Below, piece after piece: positions 54,400-56,539 of a stretch of 56,539 bases of DNA. The stretch is from an uncultured Spirochaetaceae bacterium (GTDB lineage: Bacteria; Spirochaetota; Spirochaetia; DSM-27196; PWMO01). Under the pieces are notes generated by a model. That model had not been told where the DNA came from, searched no databases, and worked only from the letters and a program-made list of their open reading frames with translations. The position numbers and the translations under genes are program-made. The stretch is from NCBI GenBank assembly GCA_964623865.1, contig CAZUVX010000013.1, forward strand, positions 1 through 56,539. Direction: 5' to 3'. Position 1 is the stretch's first letter. Every line of letters begins with the position of its first letter.

Positions 54400-55128
54400 A
54401 TGCCTGAGCAACGTGTCGAACGCATTCTGACCGCCGGACGGCGCCTCGCCGACGCCGTGGACCGCCTCAGCTTCGGCCCGCCGGTAACCCACATCTACAA
54501 TCCCCTTGACTACGCATGGTCTCCGTTCCGTGCGTACGTTGAGCGGTACGCCGCCACCGCGAAGCGAGTTCTCTTCCTGGGGATGAACCCCGGACCCTGG
54601 GGTATGGCGCAAACCGGTATACCCTTCGGCGAGGTCACCATGGTTCGCGACTGGATGGGCATTCACGAGGCCGTGGACTCGCCCGCCGGCGCGCACCCTC
54701 GGCGCCCCGTCGACGGCTTCGACTGCCCCCGCAGCGAGGTGAGCGGCCGCCGTTTGTGGGAACTCATGCACCACCGCTTCGGATCGGCGGAAGCGTTCTT
54801 TCGGGAGCATTTCGTCGCGAACTACTGCCCGCTGGTGTTCATGGAAGAGAGCGGACGCAACCGTACCCCCGACAAGCTGCCCCGGCGGGAACGAGACCCC
54901 CTGTTCGTTCTCTGCGACGACCACCTCGAAGAGACCATCCGGCTCCTGGAGCCGGAAGTGCTGATCGGCGTCGGCAGATTCGCGGAGGCGCGCCTTCGGC
55001 ACGTCGTGCCCGCCCGCGGGACTCCGCGGATCCTGTCGATCCTCCATCCCAGCCCGGCGAGCCCCCTCGCCAACCGCGACTGGGCAGGCACGGTGACGAA
55101 GGCACTCCAGGAGGCGGGGGTCTGGTAG
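54400..55128 (+). CDS. SMUG1-type (family 3) uracil-DNA glycosylase
   Basis: LFLGMNPGPWGMAQTGIPFGE and HPSPASPLANR match the SMUG1 motifs GMNPGP(F/W)GMAQTG and HPSP(R/A)NP as I recall them. Confidence 0.8.
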   Translation: MPEQRVERILTAGRRLADAVDRLSFGPPVTHIYNPLDYAWSPFRAYVERYAATAKRVLFLGMNPGPWGMAQTGIPFGEVTMVRDWMGIHEAVDSPAGAHPRRPVDGFDCPRSEVSGRRLWELMHHRFGSAEAFFREHFVANYCPLVFMEESGRNRTPDKLPRRERDPLFVLCDDHLEETIRLLEPEVLIGVGRFAEARLRHVVPARGTPRILSILHPSPASPLANRDWAGTVTKALQEAGVW

Positions 55129-55242
55129 ACAGCGACGGCGAAGAACGGTGGCGGAGAACGACGGCGGAGACGGTGGTGGTCTCGCCGGGCCGGCGGATCC
55201 GCCGGAATCTCTCCATGCCATCGGTCCCCCACACACCTCCGG

Positions 55243-56445
55243 TCACGGCGCATGCAAGACCGCGTACAGTGCAAAGTGGTCCGACACACCACGCCGGGCG
55301 TACGACTCATAGCGAGCCGGCGCACCGTCCTCGCCCGCCCAATCGGTGACCAGGTGCGCGGATCCGTAGACCAGTGCCTCCCGCCGTTCTCGTGTCCGAC
55401 CTCGGCCGGCGCGCCTGCCGAGGATCGGGACACCACCGCCGGGGCTTGGCTCACCGTCGAGGCTTGGCTCACCGCCGGGGCTTTCACCGTCGGCGCCTGT
55501 CTCACCGTCGGCGCCCGGCACCTCCGCATGCCGGCCGAATCCGTCCGGGAAGAAGCCCGTCGAGAAGAGCAGGTGATCGATCCGCGTGGCCCGGCCACGA
55601 AAGACGTAGCTTCCACCCTCGATCTCGCTCCAGGGGGAATAGAGAATCGGCGGATCCTCGGCGGCGATGTCCCGTTTCGACGCGGCCGCCCCGAGGCGCA
55701 CCACCCGCAACGCGGCGTCGCCTCCGGGCCCCAGGATCGTCGAGTCCTCGGAGATCTCTTCGTTCAGGTCGCCTGCCACAATGACGCGAGCGGCGGGATC
55801 TGCTTTCAGGATGGACTCTGTCGCCCGCGCAGCGGCCCGAGCCGCGAGACGCCGAAGATGTGCCGTCGCCTCTCGTCCCTCCCGGGCCGACTTCCAGTGC
55901 GCCGCAATCACCCGGACCACGCCCCCGGGCGTATGAACGGCAACCTCCAGCATGCCGCGGAGCGACCCCACCGCCGGGTCGTCCGGCCCCGGCCACACAT
56001 CCAGGCCGTGCACCACCGCCGCATTCAAAGGGAATCGCGACGCAATGCACACCGACATGGCGGACTCGCCGGGAGCACAGACACGGTGAGGATACATCCC
56101 CCTGCCGACACGCTCGCACAGATCGGCCAGGACGTCGGGGCCCTCGATTTCCTGCAGGGAAAGGATATCCGGAGCACCGGCGGGCGTGAAGGCGCGCAGG
56201 TGCGTGGCCAGGATCTCCAGACGCTCCCCGTACGCGGCGTCGTTCCAATCGGAGGTGTAGGGATTGAACTCGGAAAACTCGCCGCCGTCGTACTCCCCGT
56301 CGAAGAGCGTCTGGACGTTGAAAGTGGCAACGGTAACGGTGCGCCCTTGCGTGCGCCGTACCTCCGTCAGGACGCGACGACCCGTGGAGAGGACGAGCCC
56401 CACCGCCAGGAGTACAAGTACCGCCGGCCGAACAAATCGTGACAT
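55243..56445 (-). CDS. Secreted endonuclease/exonuclease/phosphatase (EEP) family protein with a low-complexity insert
   Basis: Signal peptide MSRFVRPAVLVLLAVGLVLS. EEP motifs (VATFNVQTLF, LSLQEIE, GDLNE, SDHFALYAVL). Gly/Glu/Pro/Ser-rich insert encoded by degenerate 18-bp repeats. Confidence 0.8.
   Translation of the reverse strand: MSRFVRPAVLVLLAVGLVLSTGRRVLTEVRRTQGRTVTVATFNVQTLFDGEYDGGEFSEFNPYTSDWNDAAYGERLEILATHLRAFTPAGAPDILSLQEIEGPDVLADLCERVGRGMYPHRVCAPGESAMSVCIASRFPLNAAVVHGLDVWPGPDDPAVGSLRGMLEVAVHTPGGVVRVIAAHWKSAREGREATAHLRRLAARAAARATESILKADPAARVIVAGDLNEEISEDSTILGPGGDAALRVVRLGAAASKRDIAAEDPPILYSPWSEIEGGSYVFRGRATRIDHLLFSTGFFPDGFGRHAEVPGADGETGADGESPGGEPSLDGEPSPGGGVPILGRRAGRGRTRERREALVYGSAHLVTDWAGEDGAPARYESYARRGVSDHFALYAVLHAP
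55440..55515. repeat. Degenerate 18-bp coding repeats (GGCTTGGCTCACCGTCGA-like)
   Basis: GGCTTGGCTCACCGTCGA / GGCTTGGCTCACCGCCGG, followed by two CTCACCGTCGGCGCC-like units. Encodes the GETGADGESPGGEPSLDGEPSPGG insert of the EEP protein. Confidence 0.7.
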
Positions 56446-56539
56446 GACACGCCTCCCAAAGATGGAAGTGGCGACGGCTCATGCCGTCGCCACGTATCAC
56501 GTCGCTTTCCGCCCTGCTGATTCAGCGGTCATGCCTCAC

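Noticed and set aside
54016-56500. Long ORFs 54016..55236 (-), 54822..55616 (-), 55252..56442 (+) and 55502..56500 (-).
   Set aside because: They overlap the argJ, SMUG1-type and EEP genes in other frames or on the other strand. Their Arg/Pro/Gly-rich composition and lack of motifs mark them as spurious.

Overview
Visibly GC-rich, very gene-dense bacterial chromosomal segment with about 54 protein-coding genes, most on the minus strand and many joined by ATGA/GTGA/TGATG overlaps. I recognised no rRNA, tRNA, CRISPR array, transposase or integrase. All calls come from reading the supplied ORF translations and the DNA by eye, using motif recall only; no searches were run. Many long ORFs in the six-frame track are Arg/Pro/Gly-rich antisense shadows of real genes and are rejected. 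Left part (1-13.8 kb): CPBP protease, a frameshifted DinB-like gene, CBS protein, Rrf2 regulator, a large HExxH lipoprotein, an Hpt-REC-REC-GGDEF cyclase, nth, yidD, cdd and a four-gene OpuC-type osmoprotectant ABC transporter. Centre (13.9-37.3 kb): this reads as a sulfosugar catabolic island. One unbroken minus-strand gene chain (32749 down to 13867) carries 16 genes. In transcription order they are a split SAF + UxaA-family pair (SuyAB-like sulfolactate sulfo-lyase candidate), a LarA-family 2-hydroxyacid racemase, a ROK regulator, a sugar ABC transporter (binding protein plus 2 permeases), a NagB-like isomerase, an amidohydrolase and a Gfo/Idh/MocA oxidoreductase. The chain continues with a YihQ-like GH31 glycosidase, a GPH symporter, a three-gene glycerol-3-phosphate dehydrogenase module and glpK. 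Divergent from this chain are a TalC-type transaldolase and an aldehyde dehydrogenase. Convergent on those are a TauE/SafE exporter and a FucI/AraA-like isomerase. Together this looks like a sulfo-transaldolase-type sulfoquinovose (possibly sulfoquinovosyl-glycerol) pathway extended by sulfolactate desulfonation. The LarA homologue is a candidate nickel-pincer sulfolactate racemase; this is the most novel hypothesis and it is inference only. Right part (37.4-56.5 kb): S8 peptidase lipoprotein, OmpA-like protein, a degenerate DEAD-box/DbpA-domain protein, MBL hydrolase, a two-Cys DksA-like protein, infA and an Smr protein. It also holds a complete Bat (aerotolerance-type) MoxR-DUF58-vWA-TPR-BatD operon, argJ, a SMUG1-type uracil-DNA glycosylase and a secreted EEP nuclease/phosphatase. 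The Bat operon and overall gene content are reminiscent of Spirochaetota, but taxonomy cannot be established from this window.
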